Positions 27,970 to 36,686 of a stretch of 64,000 nucleotides of DNA are shown here, piece by piece. Both the position numbers and the translations under genes were made by a program. The notes beneath the pieces were generated by a model, which saw only the letters and a list, made by a program, of their open reading frames with translations, did no database searches and was not told the DNA's origin. How positions within the stretch are numbered: position 1 is the stretch's first letter; every line of letters starts with the position of its first letter. This DNA comes from a virus. Taxonomy: Duplodnaviria > Heunggongvirae > Uroviricota > Caudoviricetes. The stretch spans positions 11,683-75,682 of the IMG/VR virus record IMGVR_UViG_2700989044_000001. One strand, written 5' to 3'.

Positions 27970-28782
27970 ATGACTAAAGAATTAACACATAAAGATATTT
28001 GCCCTTACTTCGAAGATAACTGCTCAAGCGTAGGGTGTGTTTGTCCTAAATACTTAGCTTACCAAGATGTAAATAATCCTGAAATTGTAGCCCGTGAAAT
28101 TAAAAAAATGGGTATTGACCCTAATAGTGATAAATTAACTCTAATGATGGAAATGCAAAAATCTTTTGCAGCAAAATTCCACAAGATTGATGGTTTTGAA
28201 AAAACGGAAGTGGATTATTGGATTAAAGCATATGACACTTGTGTTACTGATGAAATTGCAGAGGTACATGAATTTTTAGAGGTTCTTCCTGACATGCAAG
28301 CGAAAGATAATCTATTGGAATTACAAAAAGAATTCATTGATATTTGGCACTTCCTAATGGATATGTTTATTGTTGCTAATATGAATGCAGATGACTTAAT
28401 CAAAGTTTATAGCAAGAATCATAAAGATGTTGAAGGTTACTCAAAACCATTAGAAGCAATGTTTGAAAATGAAAAACAATATTTAATTTCAAAAATCAAC
28501 AACTTCGATTCTTTAAGTAAAGAAGAAAACGATTTAGAAATCTTAAAGTATTCTTCAATGGTTATGCAAGGTACTCGAAAAGTACGACAACAAATTTCTT
28601 GGAAGCATTGGAAAAAACCTTCCAATGAAATTAACTATGAGTTTCTTCACGCAGCTCTTGTAGATACTTTCCGTTCATTAGTTCAATGTTTTGTATTAGC
28701 TGGTTTAGATGCAGAAAAATTAACAAACATCTATAAAAACAAAAATATCGAAAACGTTTTACGTCAATTACATGGTTATTAA
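27970..28782 (+). CDS. all-alpha NTP pyrophosphohydrolase (dimeric dUTPase/MazG-like)
   Basis: EIAEVHEFLEV...ELQKEFIDIWHFLMDMF carries the E..E..E...E..D metal-binding spacing of MazG/dimeric dUTPases. Confidence 0.4.
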   Translation: MTKELTHKDICPYFEDNCSSVGCVCPKYLAYQDVNNPEIVAREIKKMGIDPNSDKLTLMMEMQKSFAAKFHKIDGFEKTEVDYWIKAYDTCVTDEIAEVHEFLEVLPDMQAKDNLLELQKEFIDIWHFLMDMFIVANMNADDLIKVYSKNHKDVEGYSKPLEAMFENEKQYLISKINNFDSLSKEENDLEILKYSSMVMQGTRKVRQQISWKHWKKPSNEINYEFLHAALVDTFRSLVQCFVLAGLDAEKLTNIYKNKNIENVLRQLHGY

Positions 28783-28795
28783 TTGATTATTATTT

Positions 28796-28830
28796 AAGAA
28801 GCTATCTTATTAGATAGCTTCTTTTTTATT
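28796..28830 (+). terminator. rho-independent terminator
   Basis: AAGAAGCTATC-TTAT-TAGATAGCTTCTT followed by T6. Confidence 0.8.
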
Positions 28831-28930
28831 AAACGAATATATAGTTTTAGAGATGTCTAGATTTTGTAAAAACTATTCAATATATTTATTATAATTTATG
28901 TATCTTAATTGAAAAAGGGGAAATAATAGA

Positions 28931-29203
28931 ATGACTTTCGATAAAATCTTACCGTTATTAAAAGAAGGAAAAAAAGCTTTTAGATTAGGTTGGAATGGTA
29001 AAGAGATGTTTGTTGTGTTTCAAAAAGGTTATCCAGATGGGATTCCTTGTAATAAACAAACAGCAGAAGCTTGGGGGTTACAAGAGGGAGACTTATTTAA
29101 AGTAGAACCTTATTTGCAAATTCGCACTGCTCGTGGCACACATGCTATGTGGGTTCCATCTATCGGAGATATACTTGCTGATGATTGGGAAATAATCAAA
29201 TAG
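28931..29203 (+). CDS. DUF2829 family protein (Tad2-like candidate anti-Thoeris sponge)
   Basis: N-terminal MTFDKILPLLKEGKKAFRLGWNGKEMFV and C-terminal DILADDWEII match the DUF2829 pattern. Confidence 0.55.
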   Translation: MTFDKILPLLKEGKKAFRLGWNGKEMFVVFQKGYPDGIPCNKQTAEAWGLQEGDLFKVEPYLQIRTARGTHAMWVPSIGDILADDWEIIK

Positions 29204-29211
29204 TTTTAATT

Positions 29212-29246
29212 AAGAGCTGAAAGTAAATATTCAGCTCTTTTTAATA
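29212..29246 (+). terminator. rho-independent terminator
   Basis: AGAGCTGAA...TTCAGCTCT hairpin followed by T5. Confidence 0.7.
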
Positions 29247-29267
29247 AATAAGATGGGAGAGATTTAA

Positions 29268-29981
29268 ATGGAGCTTATTCGTTTATTATTGTTTACGATT
29301 TTCTTTTATATTCCAATTATTCTTTTCGTTGGTCATAGATTTAAAAATATGCTTGCTTTCTTTGCTGTTTTTCTAATTCCAACTGCCCTCGCCATGTTTA
29401 TTGATAATGAACTCATAGGATTTACTGACATATTTTTATTAATAGTATGTTCATTAATAATCCAAAGCGTATTGAAAAAATCTTTACCTTATGATTTATC
29501 AGAAAACAAGACAAATCATTCTCTTAATAAGATAATAGAAATTATTCCAACATTTGTGTTTTTAAAGTTTGTTACTACTGCTTTAGCAGCAATAGTCGTT
29601 TCTAGTATTGAATTCCTTTTAAAGACGGAGAACGTAAGACAAGAAATTGTAACAAAAATGGATAGTAGTGATAGCATATCTGTAACTATTATGTTACTTA
29701 TTTCAGTTTGTATTTTTGCTCCTATAGCAGAAGAGTATGCTTTTAGATATTTTTTATATGATTATTGTTTGAAAAACATAGTAAAGCTTAATGTGTATGC
29801 ATCGGCTATCATATCTTCTTTAATCTTTGCAGTATTACATGATGGCTTATCTGGTATGGTAAATGCATTTATTTCAGGTTTGGTTTTAGCTTGGGTATAT
29901 CAAAAGCACGGATTGTTATATTCTATAATAGCCCATTTTACATTTAATTTGATATCCAGCATTTTTATAATTTTCCTTTAA
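29268..29981 (+). CDS. CPBP family intramembrane metalloprotease (CAAX protease/Abi-like)
   Basis: Multi-TM protein with APIAEEYAFRYFLY (EExxxR) and FAVLHDG (FxxxH) motifs. Confidence 0.7.
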   Translation: MELIRLLLFTIFFYIPIILFVGHRFKNMLAFFAVFLIPTALAMFIDNELIGFTDIFLLIVCSLIIQSVLKKSLPYDLSENKTNHSLNKIIEIIPTFVFLKFVTTALAAIVVSSIEFLLKTENVRQEIVTKMDSSDSISVTIMLLISVCIFAPIAEEYAFRYFLYDYCLKNIVKLNVYASAIISSLIFAVLHDGLSGMVNAFISGLVLAWVYQKHGLLYSIIAHFTFNLISSIFIIFL

Positions 29982-30042
29982 AATTTTGAACTCTTATAAA
30001 TATAATTCTTTTATCTTAAATAAAGAATGCGAGGTATTGCAA

Positions 30043-30180
30043 ATGGCACACTTTGGAACAAAAGGTTATTATGTAGCGGAACTTAAAAAATTAGGTATTC
30101 GTTCAATTGAAGGCCGTAAACTTGAAAGTTTTAAAGCTCACGTTTTACTTAATGCTTTAGAAGAAGCAAAAAATAAGTAA
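30043..30180 (+). CDS. small hypothetical protein (46 aa)
   Basis: ATG after GCGAGGT (ORF-track 29986 is an extension). Confidence 0.35.
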   Translation: MAHFGTKGYYVAELKKLGIRSIEGRKLESFKAHVLLNALEEAKNK

Positions 30181-30206
30181 TTTTTAGAAGAAAATAGCAC
30201 AAATGT

Positions 30207-30245
30207 AAAAGAACAACTAAAAAAAGTTGTTCTTTTTGTTTTTAA
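30207..30245 (+). terminator. rho-independent terminator
   Basis: AGAACAACT-AAAAAA-AGTTGTTCT followed by T-run. Confidence 0.75.
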
Positions 30246-30314
30246 GTATAATTTTGTTACTTCCTTGAGCTATATAAGAATCGTAGATAATAAGGGAGTA
30301 AGGGAGTATGCTTA

Positions 30315-30533
30315 ATGTCACAATTTCCAGAAAGATTAAAATATTTGAGAAAAGAGAATCTTTTAACTCAAAAAGAAATTGCAAATTTATTAAATATCCA
30401 AAGAGTTACTTACAGTCACTATGAAACAGGCCGCTCGCAACCAAGTATTGATACACTTATTTTGCTTTCTAACATTTTTGATTGTTCAATTGACTACTTA
30501 GTTGGTATATCTGATAATAAGAAAAAAGTCTAA
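30315..30533 (+). CDS. XRE-family helix-turn-helix transcriptional regulator
   Basis: LTQKEIANLLNIQRVTYSHYETG HTH_3 motif; RBS AGGGAGTATG. Confidence 0.8.
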   Translation: MSQFPERLKYLRKENLLTQKEIANLLNIQRVTYSHYETGRSQPSIDTLILLSNIFDCSIDYLVGISDNKKKV

Positions 30534-30619
30534 CTGTAATGAGTTGGGCTTTTTATTTTTGGTTAAATGTTTAATGAAAGTACATATAATCTTATTATTC
30601 AAGTAATAGGAGGAGAAAT

Positions 30620-31180
30620 ATGGAAAAGTCAATTCATATTATTTTATCAGAAATTGAAAATGGTTTTGAAGGTGAAGAAATAACTACTTTAGATAAAGAA
30701 ACATTAGGTAGACTTTATCAATTGGTTGTTGAATCTGAAAAGCTTAACAAATTTGCAGAAAAATTTGACATTAAAAAACAAAAAGCTCTAAGAGAATCAA
30801 ACAAATTAATGAGACGAATAATTGATAGTCATGGTATTAAGTACGATAAAGATACTCAAGCTGTTGGTATTTCTGATGACGATGTTATTTACATTGGAGA
30901 AAAAGAACGAGTTATTAATAGCCCATCTGCTGACCCATTAGATACTGACGAATTAAAAGGTAAAATCACGAAGTATGAACGACGTAAATACAATGAACTT
31001 ATCGACCAATTTAATTATTTAAATAACCAAGCAATGGATCATAATAAGAAAGTTGTAGCTAATGAAAACAACTTAATTGACTTTGAACGCAAAACATTAC
31101 AAGGTAAAGAATATTCTAGAGAAAATGATTACTTAGTTATATTTAGTAAAAACGGTAAAGTTGTTTTATGCAGACGATAA
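30620..31180 (+). CDS. hypothetical protein
   Basis: ORF after TAGGAGGAGAAAT. Confidence 0.45.
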   Translation: MEKSIHIILSEIENGFEGEEITTLDKETLGRLYQLVVESEKLNKFAEKFDIKKQKALRESNKLMRRIIDSHGIKYDKDTQAVGISDDDVIYIGEKERVINSPSADPLDTDELKGKITKYERRKYNELIDQFNYLNNQAMDHNKKVVANENNLIDFERKTLQGKEYSRENDYLVIFSKNGKVVLCRR

Positions 31181-31281
31181 ATATTTAAAACATTGTTAAA
31201 TAAAGACACTATTTATTCTATATTATTATCAAATAAATGATTATCATTTATTGAACAGAGTACATAAGAAAGGAGAAAACA

Positions 31282-31536
31282 ATGAAAAAATTGCCTTGGA
31301 TTAGAATTATTATTACAATTGTTGCCTGGGTAGGCTTAACTATGTATCAAAATTATTTTATGGTTTTTGATACAAATAAAATAGCTATGGGTCAACTTGA
31401 AAACAGTAATGAAGCTTATGCTAAATGGCAAGCTTGGAAACATGTTATTGATTATTATTGGGTACTGTACTTATTGCCATTATTAATGTTTATTCCTTAT
31501 GCTTTTAAAAACAAAAACAAATTGGGGGAATTGTAG
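31282..31536 (+). CDS. small membrane protein
   Basis: Two TM helices; RBS AAAGGAGAAAACA. Confidence 0.45.
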   Translation: MKKLPWIRIIITIVAWVGLTMYQNYFMVFDTNKIAMGQLENSNEAYAKWQAWKHVIDYYWVLYLLPLLMFIPYAFKNKNKLGEL

Positions 31537-31538
31537 AA

Positions 31539-32495
31539 ATGAAAATCAAAAAGAAAGCGTCATTAATTATCATGACAGCATTATTAGCTTCAACATTGGC
31601 AGGTTGTCGTCAACCATACGATAAACCAGAATTTGTTGAAATTGGCCCTAATGAAACTGCCTTCGTACTTCAAATGGAAGGTGACACAAAAGATCAAGGA
31701 AAGTTTGAAAGTGAAGAATTCCTAATGGAAAACTTAGTTGCTGCAAAACGTATTGAAATTCCTCATAAATGGATAAAAACAGGCCGTGGATGGTGGAAAG
31801 GTAAATATGTAGATAAAATTCGTGTAATCAAAGTTGACCGTACAACTGTTACACGCGAATGGACTACTGAAGGCGAGAAGAAACAAGGAATTAAAGTTGA
31901 ATCAAAAGATTCTATTAAGTTCTCTGTTGGTACAAGCGCAACAGCTCAAATTGTAGATCATGAATCCGCTGCAAAGTTCTTATTCTGGTACAGTGGCCGT
32001 ACTTTAGCTGATGTAATGGATACAGAAATTCGTAACCGTTTTGAAACAGCTTATATTGAAGAAATTTCTAAACTCACAATGGAAGAAATCCGTGGCGATA
32101 AATCAAATTCTATGAATGTTGTTCGTAAACAAGTTGAAAGTTATTTCGCTGAACGTGGCATTACTTTATCTAACATTGGTTATAAAGGTGAGTTAGTTTA
32201 TGATGATCCTGAAGTTCAAAAAGCTTTATCTGCTCAATTCGTAGCTGAACAAAATAAAAAGGCGCAAGACACTATTAACTCAACAAATGAAGAGAAAGCT
32301 AACTCTGAAGCTAGAGCAGCAGCTACTCGTCAAAAATCTTTAGAAGCTCAAACACGTATTATGGAACTTGAAAACCAAAAAGCTTTAATTGAAAAACTTG
32401 ATAAAGTTGATCTTCCAAAAGTATGGATGAGCGGTAGTAATAGTACAATCTTAGATTTACCCGCTGATTTACTAGAAGGTACATCTAAAAAATAG
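31539..32495 (+). CDS. lipoprotein (possible SPFH/band-7-like)
   Basis: Signal peptide with lipobox LAGC; C-terminal coiled coil; RBS GGGGGAATTG. Confidence 0.45.
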   Translation: MKIKKKASLIIMTALLASTLAGCRQPYDKPEFVEIGPNETAFVLQMEGDTKDQGKFESEEFLMENLVAAKRIEIPHKWIKTGRGWWKGKYVDKIRVIKVDRTTVTREWTTEGEKKQGIKVESKDSIKFSVGTSATAQIVDHESAAKFLFWYSGRTLADVMDTEIRNRFETAYIEEISKLTMEEIRGDKSNSMNVVRKQVESYFAERGITLSNIGYKGELVYDDPEVQKALSAQFVAEQNKKAQDTINSTNEEKANSEARAAATRQKSLEAQTRIMELENQKALIEKLDKVDLPKVWMSGSNSTILDLPADLLEGTSKK

Positions 32496-32502
32496 CAAAA
32501 GG

Positions 32503-32533
32503 AAAGAGATGATTTTAAATCATCTCTTTTTTA
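32503..32533. terminator. bidirectional rho-independent terminator
   Basis: AAAGAGATGATTTTAAATCATCTCTTT flanked by A-run and T-run; sits between convergent genes. Confidence 0.75.
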
Positions 32534-33064
32534 ATTGTATTTAACTACTTCTTTTTTAAAAGGATTGAATCTTAAAATCCTTTTCTTTCGTGATTCTGCA
32601 TACTTAAAACAATTCCTTGTTCCTCCATTAGAACCATCCCAAACTGCTATGATTAAATCTGAATGATTCACCATCCACTCATTTCTAACTTGTAAAATGT
32701 AGTTCCCAACAGCATCAAAAGATCCTTTGTGTACATATATAGTTTCATCCGCTAAAGAAACTAATTTATAAAATTGTTGCTTGACTTCGTCAGGCCATCG
32801 TTCACCAAAGCCTTTGTAAGGTATAGCCATTGTCAGTTTTATATTTTTGTTAGTGTGTAACTTCTTCTTTTCTAGTATTATTTCAGCAGCCCACAAATCA
32901 ACTCCTTGCGCCCCTCCTGAAATAAACCTTACGTAGTCAAAACGTTGTATCATTTTTTCTATTGTTTGGTCTAACCAATTGTAAACTAATTGAAACTCTT
33001 CTTCGTTTTCTCCATAATTGCCTATTTTGTCGGGTCTATGCCCTGTAAAAGAAATAGAAACCAC
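32531..33064 (-). CDS. YpsA/SLOG family protein (DUF1273)
   Basis: ISFTGHRP...FISGGAQGVDLWAAE matches the B. subtilis YpsA TGYKP...GQLGVELWAAE core. Confidence 0.6.
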   Translation of the reverse strand: MVSISFTGHRPDKIGNYGENEEEFQLVYNWLDQTIEKMIQRFDYVRFISGGAQGVDLWAAEIILEKKKLHTNKNIKLTMAIPYKGFGERWPDEVKQQFYKLVSLADETIYVHKGSFDAVGNYILQVRNEWMVNHSDLIIAVWDGSNGGTRNCFKYAESRKKRILRFNPFKKEVVKYN

Positions 33065-33123
33065 GATATCACCTCTTACTAAATCATATGTAATAAAGTA
33101 AGAGAAATTAAAAAAAGGTACAT

Positions 33124-33516
33124 TTAAGTACCTAAAGAGAAAGTATTCTTTGTTTTTTCAACGATTTTCTTGATAGTTGAACCTCCATAGATTCTCTTCT
33201 TGTAAACTTCCAATTGTTCTAATTCATCTAGTATTGTATAGAAAATTTCTGTTGATGCAGAGTCTTTTGGTTTTATGATCCAACTTCTATCGTAATTCGC
33301 AACTACGCCTTCCCAGAATTCATCTTCATTCATATCTTCTTCCATGTTACCTTTTCTTACAACTAACTTTATAACTCTACCTTTGTCTAAACCATTTTTA
33401 TTTTTTTCATCGTCAACTTTTGCGTACCAGTCGTATGTAGATTTATGATGTTCAGCAGTTCCTGTTACCCAAATGCTATCGTCTTCAATTTTGTCAATAT
33501 GCACTTTAGTTGTCAT
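33124..33516 (-). CDS. hypothetical protein
   Basis: ORF co-directional with the YpsA-like gene; RBS AGGAGGAT on the minus strand. Confidence 0.45.
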   Translation of the reverse strand: MTTKVHIDKIEDDSIWVTGTAEHHKSTYDWYAKVDDEKNKNGLDKGRVIKLVVRKGNMEEDMNEDEFWEGVVANYDRSWIIKPKDSASTEIFYTILDELEQLEVYKKRIYGGSTIKKIVEKTKNTFSLGT

Positions 33517-33737
33517 GCTAATCCTCCTTTTATTTTATTGTATTCAAAGTCAATGAAATGTATACCAAAAACAATGTTTTAATTAAATTTTTTCTACTTA
33601 GTTCATATAATATAATTATTATTTAATAACAGAAACAATAAAATAACGTATAAGTATAGAAACATGCATTATGTTATGTAATTTGAAATATTTTGATTCT
33701 AAATCACATGAAGTTAATATGGAGAGGAGAATAGAGA

Positions 33738-33998
33738 ATGGAAAAGACATATTTAACAGAAACTGAAACTATGACATTGAAACATCTTTTAGGATTTAAT
33801 AAACAAACTATAAAACGTTTTGAAGATTTAAATTTAGATGATGAAACTAGATCATTTATTGTGTTCGATATGATAGCAAAAGCTCAACAAAAAGAACGAA
33901 ATAAATGGGAAAAAGAAGTAGAAGAATTGAAAAAGAAAAACAATGGGTTTTTTAAAAATTTATTTAAAAAACGTGGTGACAATAATGGAAGAGTTTAA
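33738..33998 (+). CDS. hypothetical protein
   Basis: ORF after GGAGAGGAGAATAG. Confidence 0.4.
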   Translation: MEKTYLTETETMTLKHLLGFNKQTIKRFEDLNLDDETRSFIVFDMIAKAQQKERNKWEKEVEELKKKNNGFFKNLFKKRGDNNGRV

Positions 33999-34605
33999 AT
34001 ATGAAGAGCATGTTGGTTTGGTGATGAAAGGTATTAAAAAGACATTTGGTAGTATTGAAAGTGCTGCTTTTATAGCGAAAGCAAATTCTTATGATTTAGA
34101 AGATTATATTCAAGTAGGTATGATAGGGCTATTTGCAGCAAGAGAGAAATTTGATGAGTCAAAAAATTATAAGTTTTCAACTTTTGCAATGTCATATATT
34201 TGCGGTTATTTATTAAAAGAAATAGAAAGGAATACTTTAGTTAAGTTTCCTAGAAGTATACAAAAAGAAGAGAGAATTGATTTTATGAATTCTATTTTCT
34301 CTGTAAATTCTGAATATGTCAGTTTAGATAAAGATATCAAGGCTATGAGAGATGTTGGAGAATCAGAGTTATTAATAAGACGTACCTCTTTAGAAGAAGA
34401 AGTTTTATCTAACTTAGAATTTGATAGAGCTCTAAATACTCTAAATGAAAAGAATAAACAAGTTGTTTTAATGAAACTAGAAGGTCATAGTAATATAGAA
34501 ATTAGTAAATACACAGGCATTTCTACCAAAATGATAAGTAAAATATTTTGTAACAGTAAAAAGAAAATAGCACAACATTACACTACATTAGGAGAGTTAG
34601 CATGA
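33985..34605 (+). CDS. sigma-70 family RNA polymerase sigma factor
   Basis: Region 2 (IQVGMIGLFAAREKFD...FSTFAMSYICGYL) and region 4 HTH (LEGHSNIEISKYTGISTKMISKI); ATG after GGTGACAAT. Confidence 0.7.
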   Translation: MEEFKYEEHVGLVMKGIKKTFGSIESAAFIAKANSYDLEDYIQVGMIGLFAAREKFDESKNYKFSTFAMSYICGYLLKEIERNTLVKFPRSIQKEERIDFMNSIFSVNSEYVSLDKDIKAMRDVGESELLIRRTSLEEEVLSNLEFDRALNTLNEKNKQVVLMKLEGHSNIEISKYTGISTKMISKIFCNSKKKIAQHYTTLGELA

Positions 34606-35930
34606 AACAAAAACCATTAGCGCATCGTATGAGACCAGAATCATTAAGTGAATTCATAGGACAAAAGCATATTCTTGGAGAAGGTATGCTCCTAAGAAAA
34701 GCAATTGAAAAAGATATGTTGCGTTCTATAATCTTTTACGGCCCTCCCGCCTGTGGTAAGACATCATTAGCATATGTAATTTCAAAAACGACTAAATCAA
34801 TTTTTGTACAATTAAACGCAGTAACTGCTAAGAAATCAGATATTATGGACGTAATTGACCAAGCTAAAAAAATGGAAATAGGCATGGGTAAAAAAACAAT
34901 TTTGTTTTTAGACGAAATACATCGTTTCAATAAAGGACAGCAAGATTCGTTATTACCTTATGTTGAAGATGGAACAATTACGTTAATTGGTGCAACAACT
35001 GAAAATCCATTTTTTGAAATTAACGGAGCTTTAATTTCTAGATCAACAATATTCAAGTTGGAACCATTAAGTAAAAAAGATATTAGAGATGCTCTAGTTG
35101 TAGCAATTGATAAAGAGTACAGTGACGTTAATGCCGATTTAGACGCATTAGAACATATTGCAGATGTTGCAAATGGAGATCTGAGAGCTGCTTATAATTC
35201 TTTAGAGTTAGCAGTATTGATGTCTGAACCAAGTGAAAAATCAGTAGCTGATTCAGATAAATTACTTAAAAGGATAACTTTGCAAATTGTTGAAGAATCA
35301 AGTCAAAAGAGAGCTATTAATTATGGTAAAGGTGATAGTAATCATTACGACATTATGTCTGCTTTTTCTAAATCTATGCGAGGTAGCGATTCTACGGCAG
35401 CCCTACATTGGTTTGCAAGAATGTTGCAAGCTGGAGAAGATCCAAAAGCTATAATGAGAAGAGTTATGACACATGCTGCTGAAGATGTAGGTTTAGCAAA
35501 TCCGCAAGCATTGGTTGTTGCTACATCTGCGATGACAGCTTTAGAATTTACAGGAATGCCAGAGGCCCGTATACCAATGTCTCAAGCGATAATCTATATT
35601 TGCGAATCACCAAAGAGTAATGCTGTTTATAGAGCTATAGATAGAGCAATTAACGATGTTAATAATAAAGAGTTAGGCGAAGTACCTTTATCATTAAGAG
35701 ACACTCACTATAAAGGTGCTAAAGATTTTGGACATGGAGAAGGTTATATTTACCCGCATAATATCCCAGGAAATTGGTTGCCTCAACAATATGCTCCTGA
35801 CAACATACATGGCTCTGATTATTACAAACCTACTAATAATGGGTTTGAAATTAAAGTTAAAGAATTAAGAAAAAGAAGAGAAGATAATTATGCTAAATAT
35901 AAGGGGCATTACGAAGATAAAAAAGAGTAG
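34602..35930 (+). CDS. AAA+ ATPase, replication-associated recombination protein A (RarA/MgsA-like)
   Basis: MRPESLSEFIGQKHILGEG...FYGPPACGKTSLA Walker A and MgsA-type C-terminal domain. Confidence 0.8.
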   Translation: MKQKPLAHRMRPESLSEFIGQKHILGEGMLLRKAIEKDMLRSIIFYGPPACGKTSLAYVISKTTKSIFVQLNAVTAKKSDIMDVIDQAKKMEIGMGKKTILFLDEIHRFNKGQQDSLLPYVEDGTITLIGATTENPFFEINGALISRSTIFKLEPLSKKDIRDALVVAIDKEYSDVNADLDALEHIADVANGDLRAAYNSLELAVLMSEPSEKSVADSDKLLKRITLQIVEESSQKRAINYGKGDSNHYDIMSAFSKSMRGSDSTAALHWFARMLQAGEDPKAIMRRVMTHAAEDVGLANPQALVVATSAMTALEFTGMPEARIPMSQAIIYICESPKSNAVYRAIDRAINDVNNKELGEVPLSLRDTHYKGAKDFGHGEGYIYPHNIPGNWLPQQYAPDNIHGSDYYKPTNNGFEIKVKELRKRREDNYAKYKGHYEDKKE

Positions 35931-35942
35931 AGGAGATTTGAA

Positions 35943-36221
35943 ATGGAAAAGATAATTAAGCACATTAAATCTTGTCCGATGTATGTGTATTTAACGTTCA
36001 TTCTTAGTCACGTTATAATTACAACATCATTTTTTGGAATTGATTATTACATTAGGCAAGATTATTCTTTAGATAACTGGATAGACGCAATAATTGTTTC
36101 TCTTATATCTTTTACTATTACTGCTGTTGTTATCGTAATTGTTAAGAAAGTAAAGAGACGAAAGAAATTAAAAGATGCTTATAAAGAAAAATTACCTCCA
36201 TTTTTAAGAAGAGGGAAATAG
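35943..36221 (+). CDS. small membrane protein
   Basis: Two TM helices. Confidence 0.4.
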   Translation: MEKIIKHIKSCPMYVYLTFILSHVIITTSFFGIDYYIRQDYSLDNWIDAIIVSLISFTITAVVIVIVKKVKRRKKLKDAYKEKLPPFLRRGK

Positions 36222-36223
36222 AG

Positions 36224-36589
36224 ATGAATGAAATTACATTAAAAAGTAATGATTCTAATATGATAGTTAAATTACAATATTCATCTCAAAATATCCAAAG
36301 TAGTTTAGATGAAATTTTTATTGGCGCTTCTCTATTAGATTATGAGGTACGATTCTCTCGAGTAACTTCTATGGGTAATTATAAATACGGAGTTTCTAAT
36401 ACAAGAGAAGAATTGACTTTTTATAAAGGAGAAAAACTACATTATCTACGTTTCAAATTCGTAGATTCAAGCAATAGAGTTATTGATTTTGTAGAAGTTT
36501 TCGTAGATGAAAATTATATCAAAATGTATATATGTAATGATGAACAAAGTTTTTTAGATGCTCTAGAAAAATTAAAGTCAAATTTATAA
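36224..36589 (+). CDS. hypothetical protein
   Basis: ORF only. Confidence 0.4.
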   Translation: MNEITLKSNDSNMIVKLQYSSQNIQSSLDEIFIGASLLDYEVRFSRVTSMGNYKYGVSNTREELTFYKGEKLHYLRFKFVDSSNRVIDFVEVFVDENYIKMYICNDEQSFLDALEKLKSNL

Positions 36590-36615
36590 AAGCCGGAAAC
36601 GGCTTTTTTATTTTG
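36590..36615 (+). terminator. rho-independent terminator
   Basis: AGCCGGAAACGGCT followed by T6. Confidence 0.75.
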
Positions 36616-36686
36616 TTATAAAAATGATAGAACTTATACATAATATATATAGTATATAAGTGATTAAGATAAAAGGGTGAAGCATA

